Assembly: GCF_006345805.1 (NCBI RefSeq)
Contig: NC_043001.1
Location: forward strand, 101,556,001 to 101,620,000
DNA: 64,000 nt
Source: Octopus sinensis
Taxonomy: Eukaryota
Reading direction: 5' to 3'
Of the stretch, positions 51,168 to 63,949 are shown one piece after another; position 1 is the first letter of the stretch; each line of letters starts with the position of its first letter. Made by a program: the position numbers and the translations under genes. The notes under the pieces are model-generated. The model searched no databases, had not been told where the DNA came from, and was given only the letters and a program-made list of their open reading frames with translations.

Positions 51168-51886
51168 ATGATCTCTATGATCTCACTTTGTTAGCGACAA
51201 GTTTGAACTCTCTTTAGAAGAATTTAAAACTAAAACAAGAAAAGAAACGTACGTGTGTGTGTGTGTGTGTAATGATTATTGCTTTCGTTAGTTAGTTTCT
51301 CCGATGTCGCCAAATAGTTTTTTTTGCGTTGTATAATTTCAGGTGCATTGAAGTTGGTTCATGTTTTTATTGGTTGACTTTCAATATTTCGTTGATATTT
51401 CGTTTTTTCCTATGGTTTGACTATGTTTTTCATCATGTCATTTGTTAATTCGTTGTTTGTACTATGTTTTTTTCTTCGTTGGTCAACATTGCTGTTGTTT
51501 ATTATCTGTGTCTATTTTGAATCGCTTTCACTTTTAAATTATATTTTCATCTATTTCTGATTTTGATTCGCTTGCTTTAAATCTGTTTATTTGTTTTTTT
51601 CTTATCGCTTATATATTAAAATTTTAAAAATTGTTTTTTTTTTTGTTTTTTTTCCCGATGATATTTGCTGGGCATTTTCTTTTCTCTCGCTATGGTTTGA
51701 TGGTTGCTAGCACTGGTGTTGCTGACATCCTGATAATTCTCGCTTTTGTTTGGCCATTGTTTATTCTGTCTAGGTGTTTTGTGAAATGTTTTGTTTAGGC
51801 GTTTCCTGTTTTGCTATAGTTCAGCGATAATTAGTCGGGGATTGTGATGGGGAGGGGTCATGCGATTCGTTGCGTGCGCGATAAAC

Positions 51887-51927
<41 letters not shown>

Positions 51928-51951
51928 ACTTCTAATATATATATATATATA

Positions 51952-52041
<90 letters not shown>

Positions 52042-52048
52042 ATATATA

Positions 52049-52109
<61 letters not shown>

Positions 52110-52906
52110 CACATATGTGCGTGCATAAAAAGCAAAAGCACGCTCATGCATGCCTTCATTTCATAGAATTCTTATTTTGCGGTAATAAGTATGAACATGC
52201 ATTCATACCCATACTTTCACACACACACACACTTAAATAGAAACATGCACGCAATGACACAGGAAACAAGTTTAATGTACGAGCGCGCACGTGTCGAAAG
52301 AGAGAGGGGATGAGAGTGATTAATAGATAGTTAGAGTGTGACAGTTACGTATATATGCCTGTGAATGCGTGCATATTTATGCATGTATGCACATACGACT
52401 ACAAATATACGAGCTAAACGTGTATCTTTATGTGTAGAAGTAGATATTCCCGTTCATTTGCACGTGGGCTCATGACTGTGTGTTAGCATGTTTGATTACG
52501 CGTGTTTTCTTTGCTAACAACTGGGTGTGTACATGTTTGTATATTTGTGTGTGCAGTATACACTTATATCTACAAATATATTTGCATACGTACAAGTTAG
52601 TTATGGTTGTTACTTAATAATTAGTGTTTCTTGCTAAAGGTAATTAATACATCGATACACTCTGAATTATTTACATTTGCTGGTTGTCATATGTTTTTAG
52701 CAAGTTCAGTCGGTGTATTTATCGTTGGTTTTGACTATTTTGGATATTGTTGTACCATCGAGTGTTACCTTGTTTGTAGTTTAAAACCTTGCTTCTAGCC
52801 CATCCATGTTTCACTCAGCAACCATTTAGCATGCAATGATATCGTATTTCTATACAGTGCATAGCGAATATATCTTGAATGCATTTATAAAAGCAGGTTT
52901 TATCCT

Positions 52907-53268
52907 TGGAAGCACTCCGTCGGTTACGACGATGAGGGTTCCGGTTGATCCGAATCAACGGAACAGCCTACTCGTGAAATTAACGTGTAAGTGGCTGAGC
53001 ACTCCACAGACACGTGCACCCTTAACGTAGTTCTCGGGGATATTCAGCGTGACACAGAGAGTGACAAGGCCGGCCCCTTGAAATACAGGTACAACAGAAA
53101 CAAGAAGTAAGAGTGAGAGAAAGTTGTGGTGAAAGAGTACAGCAGGGATCACCATCCCCTGCCGGAGCCTCGTGGAGCTTTAGGTGTTTTCGCTCAATAA
53201 ACACTCACAACGCCCGGTCTGGGAATTGAAACCGCGATCCTATGACCGCTGCCCTAACCACTGGGCCA
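52907..53268 (-). mobile_element. SINE family D, young copy
   Basis: Nearly identical to 34237-34608. It has an 8-nt deletion between ccgc microhomologies in the head. Confidence 0.92.
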
Positions 53269-53289
53269 GCTCAATCTGAAATTGCCCAC

Positions 53290-53790
53290 TTTTGTGTTTT
53301 TTCTGTTTCGGACACTTTCTTTTAAGTTTCAAATGCGTTTTGTTAGAGATGGTGTAATTCTATTAACGGATAGGCGACTTGTGTGTATTTAGTGTCCACT
53401 ATGTTGCTTGTCGCTTCAATATCTGTCAGCTTTCCGTTTTGTATTCTCGTTGCCTTGTAGATAACTTCTTTCTTTAAGCAGTTTCTAATTAATGACGACT
53501 GCCTGGATCTGCACGAGTTGCATTCGATTTCTGTTATTGATTGTATATTTCTAGATTCTGCAATTATTTATTGCTTGAACTACATAGCTTGTGTTTCCTT
53601 GTGCAGCTGTAGATAACTTGCACATTATTCCTATACCATAATTTGTAGTATTTATGGTCGATTTGAAAGTGTTCATAGATTAGAGTGTAATTTATTTAGC
53701 ACAATATTCATCCTGTTTTGGCTAAGGTGGGTTGAACCAAGTGATGCTTCTTTTTCTGCGTTGTCTAGTTTATAATTCCTCGGCTCTATG
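53290..53790 (-). mobile_element. Penelope-like element RT-thumb/linker/GIY-YIG remnant
   Basis: RQRRKRSITWFNPP*; LIYEHFQIDHKYYKLWYRNNVQVIYSC; ECNSCRS..LIRNCLKKEVIYKAT. These match the PLE WFNPP, HF...HK...F.RN....SYSC and Cys-linker-VIYKA motifs. Confidence 0.8.
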
Positions 53791-54329
53791 AATATATCAC
53801 AGCTTTTCATTGAACCTTCTTGATTTTCGAGGTTCGCAGGTGATGGAGACACTGAGACTTATACTGTTTACTAAGTGTTAAAGATGTTTGACTGGAGTTT
53901 TCTCCCCATATAGCAACACTTTGTTATACTTTCTGTACAAACAATGTTTTCTTTTGGATAGATTTAATGCTATACCTAGAATATTTAACTATTGTAAAGT
54001 TTCTTTGGATGGCTGTTTTGAGAAGGAAATCTTTGAAGGCATTTATGAGATTCTTTCAAAATCTGTCTAATATATACACCCGTTCACGCTTTGGGTGACT
54101 GCTAGATCATCATTTATATAGATGCATATGTGTAAATGTATCGCATGTGCATATGCATATGCGATATGTGTGAATGTATCGCATGTGCATATGCATATGT
54201 TCATGTGCATATTGATGTATGAACTTATGTTCTTATATGAGTTCATAATTATATTCAGGTCAACATAACATACATGTCCACTTACAAAAATATACGGCTA
54301 TACCTCATTACATACATCTATGTACAAAT

Positions 54330-54370
<41 letters not shown>

Positions 54371-54577
54371 AGAGAGGTTTTGGTATCCAGAAGATCCAAA
54401 AGGCAGGTAAGGCTATGTAAGTGTTACGGAAGGACCGCTGTTAAACTCCCGATTCGATAATAGTATGAGTGAGAGGTCTAACGCAAGCCGTGTGTGAGCG
54501 TGCATATGTTGAATAAAATAAGACAACAAAGCCAAGGCAGTGTGAAATTTCTAAGACGTTTTATAAAGAAAAAGGTA

Positions 54578-54625
54578 GTCTTACAGCTGTTTCGGGGATA
54601 TAAAAGATATTCCATCATCAGAGAC
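54578..54625 (-). ncRNA. Minimal type I hammerhead ribozyme motif, canonical core
   Basis: Minus strand: gtct-CTGATGA-tggaatat(ctttt)atatcccc-GAAAC-agct-GTA-agac. Stem II has 2 mismatches. The stem III loop AGCT is palindromic. Confidence 0.8.
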
Positions 54626-54721
54626 GATATGAGTGAATTAAACAGAGGGAAACAGTAGAGTTCAATATAAGAAGTTATATTGGAAAGGGAGAGACATAGG
54701 AAAGATAGAGGGAAATATAAG

Positions 54722-54933
54722 AATAGAAATAAAGACATGTTTGGATGTTAAATTTGCCGTTCCATTATCCAAGGAATATGTTGTGTAGAATGGGTAAAAA
54801 GGCTTCTTGTCCATGGTTCCTATAGAAACTGTCCATACCATGGACAGGAAACCTTTTTACCCATTCTACACAACATATTCCTTGGATAATGGAACGGCAA
54901 GTTTAACATCCAACACATGTCTTTATTTCTATT
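54722..54933. repeat. Fold-back inverted repeat, 96/97-bp arms, 19-nt loop
   Basis: Arms 54722-54817 and 54837-54933 differ by 3 substitutions and 1 indel. Confidence 0.95.
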
Positions 54934-55053
54934 GGCAGTCATACATCTAACTATATACACAAGATATACTCTCTGTGTGTGTCTGTGTGTGTGTTTGAAG
55001 GTATGTATGTACATATGTAACTGTATGCATATATGTGTGTGTCTATACACAGG

Positions 55054-55135
<82 letters not shown>

Positions 55136-56479
55136 TATTATATATATATATACATGTACATACATACACACACACACACACACAGATATCAGAGACAGAT
55201 AGAGAGTATTTAGCGTGTATGTAGACATACAGTAAATGTGAGTTTTAGGAAGGTAAAGAGGGGTAATTATTGCCGAGAATACAGCGACCTGTTATTGAAG
55301 TAGGACAGATTCTCGAGTTCAGGAGAGAGAAACGAGAGGACGAGAGAAAGAGAGAGACAGACAGAGAGACAGAGAGGAGAAGAGAGAGAAAGAGACGTAT
55401 ATAAACTAAATAAGTAAATAAATGAATAAATAAATAAGTGAATTTAGATAAATAACAAACTAATCAAAGAAATAAGTATAAGAACGAGTAGTTCTTACAA
55501 GTTAATGATAACTATCTTAACGTCATCATTGCAATCATCATCATCATCATCAACACAATATGGGAAATATAGCACCATTAGATTGAGTATAACTACTTAA
55601 TTTAAATTTAATAAAATACAGTTTAATGTATAAAAAAATATGATATTAAACACTTAAGTCAGCGATAGATAAATAAAATGTAAATGAATGAAAAGTTCAG
55701 AATTTTCTGATTGTTTTTATTCTTATTACAATTAACATCATCATCATCATCATATAGTTGAAATATTCAGCCATTAGATTAGGAACAAATTTAGGATTTA
55801 AATTAAATTAAACCTAATGAATACGTAAATAATACGTAAATGATGCAAATATCATCTCATGGATAATTGTTGAACCATTGGATAAGGAAAAACCTTCAAT
55901 AGATTTAAAGTTAATGAAAAATGGGTTGAAAATCTTGAACATATTAATTCAAGGATGACTTTTTCCCAAGTTAATAACATTGAACAATAAAAAAAGGTTT
56001 CATTCATAAAAAGAAAAATTAGAACATTAAAGCAGAATAACAATTCATGTTCTAAATTGAAAGTTTGATATTCTTTTTTTTTTTTAAGTATAGCACTTAG
56101 GCCATGGAAATATTGATGACTTTACACAAAAACGAATATCTAGGAATAAGTCTGCTTATGACATAGACCGTAGTAAAAAAGGAGATAACGGCCTACATAT
56201 AGAAAATTACCTTTTAGTCAAGAAATAAAACAACTAAATAACTCGATTGTTTCCCATAAATACACTGGTAAGTATCGAGATAATTTCAAGATTGGACACC
56301 ATTTAGGTACATGCAAAAGGACTAAGCAGAGCAATGTTGAGTTTAATCCTACTAACAAAGGTAATACTTCATAAAACCATACACAGAAAGACAACTATAT
56401 TAATATAAATCATAAATACAAACTAAAGGATGTAGAATACGTAATAGAAATATCACGTGGTATAATGCTCCTTGCAGAA

Positions 56480-57210
56480 TTTGTGTTGCTATGAACATCC
56501 TGAGGATTAGACAGAAATTCTTTCCTTCTATAAGATTTGAAAGTTTTTTTAATAGTCATACGATGAAGTTTGCATATTTCGCTACAGTTAATTTAGTTAA
56601 TTCTTTAGTGGCTAATAACTTTAGAAAATTTAATACCACCAGAATGAATGGAGTGGACGTATGTTTCTTTATTCAGAATGTAAAGACCAAGATCGGTCTA
56701 CCACAATTAGTACACATCTGGTGCAAAAACGGTGAAGATAACAATACAGTATATCCTCTTAAAATAACATTAACACTAATAGAATAAATGTGGCCTCTCT
56801 TGACTATGTACTTAATAGAATGTAGAACAGTGGGAACCGAGACAAATGCCCTTCAGATGACCAATATCTGAGAAATACTCAAATTATATGTGTGCTCAGT
56901 CAAAGCAGCTGAGGATGTCCGTTATTACATGGGTGCAACTGCTTTAAAATTCAAGACCAGAATACATAATCGCATTCATTCTCTAAAATGCAAAAGCAAA
57001 GAAAACTGCACTCTATTGGCCAAGTTCATTGGGGGTCTAAAAGTGAGGAATATAGAGCACTCCATTTCGTGATCTATTATAGATAGAGCTTTTCCTTAAA
57101 GGAGAGACGGTGGTAGATGTAATTTATGCTCAGCTGAGGCACTGGAAATTCCCAATTATAAATCTAGGTTAATAAATAATCATACCGATTTATTAATCTA
57201 TTGTTTACAC
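56480..57210 (+). mobile_element. Penelope-like element linker plus GIY-YIG endonuclease remnant
   Basis: FFNSHTMKFAY; NRDKCPSD; CSVKAAEDVRYYMGATALKFKTRIHN..HSL...ENCTLLAKFI..LK....SIS*SIIDRAFP*...RCNLCSAEALEI....LIN...LL..CLH. It contains stops and frameshifts. Confidence 0.82.
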
Positions 57211-57729
57211 TTCCTTTATAAAAGCTTCCTGAGATGTCCACACAAAAGTTGTATGTAATTTATTTACCTAGTTTTCTCTTCTTATGGATTATTCTGCCTT
57301 CTACTTAAATTATCTGTTATGTATCATGCGAAATACTCATTTCCTAACTAATTCTTTACGTTTAGTCCTCAACAATTGCACTTTATTTGATTCAATACGA
57401 CGTGATTTAATTTAATTTGCCTGTCGTATTACAAGTTCTTTTCCATCTTAACTTATATAAATACCAACTTGCTATACATTAGGGTAGAAAACAGTAGAAA
57501 TTCCCTGAACTCTACTTTCCCTGACTAGTTTACTATTATACTTGCTGACATCTTGATCTCGTAGAACTAAATTTAGCAAGAATATAACAGATCAATAAAA
57601 GGTAATTTCATATGTCAGTCATCTACGATCTCCATATTCTGAATTAACTGCACGGGCAATGGTAAATGTTTATAACTCTAAGATTATTTAACTCATTTCC
57701 AGCAGCATATTTGTGGGAAACTTTGAAAA

Positions 57730-58300
57730 TTCTACCATAACTTTAGAGTGAATATGTGTGGAAGATGTGGTCGAAGGAAGTTGTATGTGTGTGTGTGTGT
57801 GTGTGGAAGCTGTATTAATGCGTTGAGGGTGTGTGTAAGAGAGGTGTAATGAGGGTGTGATATGAATGGCGGGTGGGAAGGGTGTGAGTAGAAAATGCGG
57901 GTGGCGCTGCAAGGGAAAAAAGACTGAAAGTAAAGGGAATAAGTGCGAGAATTCTGGAGCAGATGGTGTGGTTGGGCAAATTCGAAGTAGAAAATATGAG
58001 GTAATATATCTAAATCGAAAAGCATGCACGATTTGAGAAAGAATGGAAGCTCTTGCTCGCGCTGAAGGTGTACTATTGGAGATATAGTGCTGGTGAGCAG
58101 GCTGAAGACTGACAAATGTTGAGTGGAGAGGTCTGAAATCATGAGTGTGATGGAAGATGTGGAGGAGTTAGGAGTTAGACGAACTTCGAAAGAGGGATGG
58201 GTGGGGTAGTAAGAAGAAGCGTCAGGGTGGGTTTGTGGAAACACGAGCGGGGAGGGGAGCATGGCGTGGTCGATAGCATCAGTGATTTTAAGGAAATTAA
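57730..58300 (-). mobile_element. Possible decayed LINE AP-endonuclease end
   Basis: YYPTHPSF....SSITLMISDLSTQHLSVFSL loosely resembles the T..P...S.ID....SDH.PI end of APE domains. The match is weak. Confidence 0.25.
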
Positions 58301-59020
58301 GAAACGTTGGTGAGAGGAGTAAAACGTGTTGAAAATCGATATAAAGGACTTAGATGTTCATTGTAGAAAGAGAAGAAACGGCACGGATACAGTTGGGAAA
58401 GGAAACACATACATAGAAACACACACACACACACATGTTACAAACCAATTACTTGGACATTTAACAACTAGAGAAGAATATCAGTAACTGAATAAAGGTG
58501 AAATAATTCAACAGTATTTATAATGTACAAGCGTTTGATTTACATTTCATAGATAAACAACGATTTACACTCCATATCGAATGCCATGCCTCATCTAAAG
58601 TGCATATTCCTTTCTTCCCATTTCGTCAGGCACACAGAAAACAGAATTATTTTGATAAAATGTGAAAGGACAATAAATAGTGAGAAATGAGGTGAGGACA
58701 GAACAGAGAAGGTAGAAATTGGTAAGTGAATATTATTTATTATTTATTTATATATCCTCTGAATGATGTCTCCCAGGCCAACTGTGTTGTGCCAGGTAAA
58801 AAAGAAAAAAAAAAAAGAAGAAATTTTAAGAAATTTCAAGAATATGTTGGAACACATTTCTTGTATATAGCATTTTGTTGGGATGAAATATGTTGCGAAT
58901 TTGGAGAAACTGTCTTATTCATTCCGGATTTGTGTAAAAATATGTATATGTGGGAGCTGAAAAATTTAGAGGCCTTTTTTCTTGTGTAACTCTTTCAGTT
59001 TCTCTTTCTCTCTCACTCAC

Positions 59021-59074
<54 letters not shown>

Positions 59075-59080
59075 CATATA

Positions 59081-59480
59081 GGCGCAGGAGTGGCTGTGTG
59101 GTAAGTAGCTTGCTAACCAACCACATGGTTCTGAGTTCAGTCCCACTGCGTGGCATCTTGGGCAAGTGTCTTCTGCTATAGCCCCGGGCCGACCAATGCC
59201 TTGTGAGTGGATTTGGTAGACGGAAACTGAAAGAAGCCTGTCGTATATATTTGTATATATCTATATATATATATGTGTATGTGTGTGTGTTTGTCCCCCT
59301 AGCATTGCTTGACAACCGATGCTGGTGTGTTTACGTCCCCGTCACTTAGCGGTTCGGCAAAAGAGACCGATAGAATAAGTACTGGGCTTACAAAGAATAA
59401 GTCCCGGGGTCGATTTGCTCGAGCATGTGCTCCAGCATGGCCGCAGTCAAATGGCTGAAACAAGTAAAAGAGTAAGAGTA
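59081..59480 (+). mobile_element. SINE family B, young, full length, inserted in (TA)n
   Basis: ggcgcaggagtggctgtgtggtaagtagcttgct...ggttctgagttcagtccc (tRNA-like), cttgggcaagtgtcttct, internal SSR, second module, aagtaaaagagtaagag tail. Confidence 0.93.
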
Positions 59481-59731
59481 TATATATACGCTGAGATAAG
59501 ACTTTACATAATTCTTTAGTTTTCTTTATTCTGTAATCTGTTTTGTATTCTATGTAAATATAAGCTTTAAGTCTACCTGTGTTTACCTGCCTTCCTATCA
59601 CGCTCTCATTCACTCTGTGTATCTATGCATATATCTTTGTATGTGTGTGTATATATATACATACATATATTATATACTACATATATAAATACATATATAT
59701 ATACTTACATATATAAATACATATTATATAT

Positions 59732-59837
<106 letters not shown>

Positions 59838-60576
59838 CATAACTAGTATATATGTGTGTGTCTGCGTGTGGTGTGTGTGGTGTATTATGTATGTATGATG
59901 TATGTATTTACGTATACGTAATACACACACATACATATTAATTACAGAAATAAATGTTCTGCACATACAATGAACATATTTTTTGTGTCAAGCATTTTCA
60001 TAAGGATTTTATAAATATGAAAATAAATTCATATTTAGAGCATTAATATATTAAAATATATAAGATGGCTAAGGTGAAATAGCACCTGAAAATAAATACT
60101 TGCAAAGCATATTGCATATATATTTTTTTTTTCAAATTGTTTGTGAAATATTTATTTCTCCCATTTCAGAAAGCTAATTTTAAACACCAATTCCACAATT
60201 AATTTTAGACATTCTGAAACTCCTGTAAAGTATTTCATAGAGAGAAAAGTCATAAAAGATTTATCAGCATTCCAGCAGCATTCATAATCTCCCCATTCTT
60301 CTTCCCAGCTTTACCGATTACTACGTGTTCGGTATACCTTTCCTTTGGATTCTTTCTTCTCTCTTTCAAAGATAACATCATCACGTGTTTAATCTTGGGA
60401 ATTCGATGTGTGTGTGTGTGTGTGTGTGTGTGTTTATTTTAACCGCTATAGTCAGTATAAATTCCGAAGTCTATTTTCCAATAGCTAGCGTCATATATTT
60501 CGAAATATATATATGATTGACCGCTAACTCCACAAGTGTTTTTTTATTCTCTCTCTCTGTTTATTTCCTCGTGTTC

Positions 60577-60612
60577 CTTTCTGTTGAAGAGCGTAGGCTC
60601 GAAACGTAAAAG
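60577..60612 (+). ncRNA. Variant HHR-like motif with loopless palindromic stem III
   Basis: cttt-CTGTTGA-a-gagc(gtag)gctc-GAAAC-GTA-aaag. The core deviates from consensus (A6>U and one extra A). Confidence 0.45.
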
Positions 60613-60671
60613 CATCAAGCTAATACACCTGCTTGTAAATAAATAAATATATATATATATATATATACGTA

Positions 60672-60703
<32 letters not shown>

Positions 60704-61624
60704 CATATACATATATATACATATATACACATATATATATATATACATATATACATATATACATATATATATACAATATACATATATATATACATATATA
60801 CATATATATAATATATATATATATAATATATAATATATATATATATATTATACATACATACATACACGCACACACACACACACATATATTGGCAAATCCA
60901 TGAACAAACCAAAACAGGAAAAAACAATAAAAGTTAATTGGATGTACACAGTAAATATATCAGATTGACTCTCAGTGAACGTTTTAGATGGAAAAAGAGG
61001 AACAGAAATGACGTTTCGAGCATTGTATTTCGTCGGATAAAGGAAAAATCCAGAGAAGAGAAAAACGAGGAACGAGCAGATAATCCGACGAAGAGAACGT
61101 GTCCTTACATGGTCAATGCACACACACATACACCCACACACACACGTGTGCACTCATGCAGAAAGGAAATTTAAATATCCCATAAGCCTTAAAACAAACG
61201 TAATAACATTCGTCTAAATTCTCTTCTTTCGATCTCTCTCCTACACTCCCCACTTTCTCACCTTTCCACCGCAGTCTTTCTCCCCGCCTTCAATTTCCAT
61301 TCATCCTGCCAGCCACCCGCAACACACGGGGAAGCTGAGTTAGGTAAACCTGAACAACTGAAAACAATAACCGAGTATCGTCATATTATGTCGTATTTAG
61401 AACAATGAATATTCGCTCCATCTTTTGATAACAGCATTTCTCTAAGCCATATAAATCAATGTGCTGGTAATAGCTAGAGGGAAGTAGTACGCTCCCTTGA
61501 CCATTGTGTATTTCAGACAAAGATCGTGTGTCAATAACCAGCTGGAAAAGATGTTTTCCTGTGGTTAAAAGGTAGTAACATATTTTACGTAGGACGGCCA
61601 CCTTACGTTGTCAAATAAGCTTTA

Positions 61625-61682
<58 letters not shown>

Positions 61683-61802
61683 CACACAATATATATATAT
61701 ATGCATACACACACACACACACATACACACACATGATGATTTTTGGATAATAAGAAATCTGTACAAATGAATCCTTCGAATTTAACTAAATTCTATATTT
61801 TT

Positions 61803-61891
61803 ATGCAGCTGAAGATTGCTCTACATTTTAAATTGATGTAATATTTGTATTGTTCAATTAAATAGAGTAGCATGAAACGATCGTACTGCAT
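61803..61891 (+). ncRNA. Type I hammerhead ribozyme motif, canonical core, long stem II insert
   Basis: atgcag-CTGAAGA-ttgctcta...tagagtagcat-GAAAC-gatc-GTA-ctgcat. Stem I is 6 bp, the loop GATC is palindromic and the triplet is GUA. Confidence 0.8.
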
Positions 61892-62198
61892 TACCTCTGG
61901 ATATCCTTGTTGCTTATTTTGATTATATACATATATATGAAGTATTTATATCACAGAGATAATGTAGCAGGTATGTACTACAAGTGCTCGCTATGGTTTG
62001 CTACTAAAACATCGGCTTGGGCAGCAACTGAGAAAAAGTGGTGTTGAAGTTACCTATCAAAGATGGCTGGAAGTGGTTCATCATCGAGCGGGTAGATATA
62101 TATTTAAAACAGCAAACGAACAAGCAAAACATGTGGTATTACTTTAGAGCATTTAATTATTTATTTGAACATTTGAGTAGTTATAGTAAATAGGCAAA

Positions 62199-62295
62199 GT
62201 CTATTACAGCTGTTTCTAGAAGAGCTAAGCATGTGGATCGTATGTTACTGAGCAAGGATTTCCACATAAATTAACAATTCTCTCATCAGAGAGAA
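62199..62295 (-). ncRNA. Degenerate type I hammerhead motif
   Basis: Minus strand: tctct-CTGATGA-gagaa...(about 55 nt)...ttcta-GAAAC-agct-GTA-ataga. Stems I and II are imperfect. Confidence 0.6.
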
Positions 62296-62552
62296 AGAGG
62301 GAAAAATATACACTTAATCAAAGATATTAATAGTTAACAGATCACTTTGGAAGTAAGTAGCGTCTAAAGTAAAGGATAATAGTGATTGGTAGATCTATGA
62401 TTGAAGAATTAAGGAAGTCCTTAATAAAACCCTTAGTCAAAATTAATGTCTGCAATTCCATTGTAGGAGCATCTTTTATTAATTTTAATTTTTTTAAGTG
62501 ATACTACCTTTTGCTTATCCATTCTCTGTTTTTAATATACATACATACATAA

Positions 62553-62586
<34 letters not shown>

Positions 62587-62702
62587 CATAAAAAACAATC
62601 TCACAACAAAATAACAAAGGTAAGCAACATAACAAAATTTTTTAAACTTTATGCTAAAGAGCTTTCTGTACACACGCACACGCATACACACACACACATG
62701 CA

Positions 62703-62776
<74 letters not shown>

Positions 62777-63489
62777 GAGATGATCGATCGGCAGCACCAG
62801 CATCAATATTTTAACCCCATTTTCGATATTAGCAATGGCTGCTCGCATGTTTCACTGATGTGAACTTTGCTGGAAACCCGAAAATCTGCTGCTCTTTGAA
62901 CAAAGTGATTTGTCAAACGTATTGAGCACTAAATTACGCACATTGCCTTGTCATAGCTGTCATCAGTGAATCAGTGATTGGTTTGTTGAAATCCTGTAAC
63001 CATTGACACAATTGTTCACCAATTGTAATATGAAATCATGTAATAAATGAAAAACAAGCAGCATAGAAATTGTTGGTCACGTATTGTTGGAGCCGGGGAC
63101 TTTGCAGTTTATATAGTTGGCTGTGTAGTTCTCATACTACTTATAATCCACTTCACTTTTAAATTGCAGTTGCAGATTGAGGCAATTAAAACGATGCACT
63201 TCATCTCAAGCAACAATACAATGTCTAAAGTAAGATTTAATTCATGACTTCATAAACTTATGAACGCAATTCTATGATTGTCTTTCGGCAGGAATAGATG
63301 TGTTTCAATGACAGTTTCTTTTGGACTTACAAATATTTCCTTGTCTACAATTTATTTATGTAGATGTGTGTTTATATACGTATATGTATATGTGTGTGTG
63401 TGTGTATAAGTGTGTATGTATGTCTATATGTGTATGCATATGTATATATATGTGTGTGTGTTTGTGAATATGCAGTATATATTGTATTT

Positions 63490-63665
63490 GTTTCAGTCAC
63501 TGGACTGTGGATCTTGCTGAAGCTCTGAAGGGTTCTAGATGAAAGAATCAGCGTCAGTACTTGTTTCTAAAACCTGTTGCTTATTTTATCAACTGCTAAG
63601 TTATTGGGATGTAAAAGAACCAACTCCAGTTGTCAAGCGGTCGTCGGGGACAAACACAAATACAC
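63490..63665 (-). mobile_element. SINE family B 3' half, diverged
   Basis: ttgtttcagtcactggactgtgg...cagttgtcaagcggtcgtcggggacaaacac. Confidence 0.7.
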
Positions 63666-63753
63666 ATGCATGTTGATTTCTGTGCATACATGCATACATG
63701 TGTATATATATATATGTATACATATATATATATATACACACACACGCACACGC

Positions 63754-63789
<36 letters not shown>

Positions 63790-63856
63790 GGGAGCAGTGA
63801 TGTAGATAAACAATGTTAGGCTTGATATATATATACATGTATGCATACATAGGTAT

Positions 63857-63949
<93 letters not shown>

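Noticed and set aside
51330-51840. Possible further PLE RT remnant on the minus strand
   Set aside because: The A-rich strand bias is suggestive, but I could not read a diagnostic motif.
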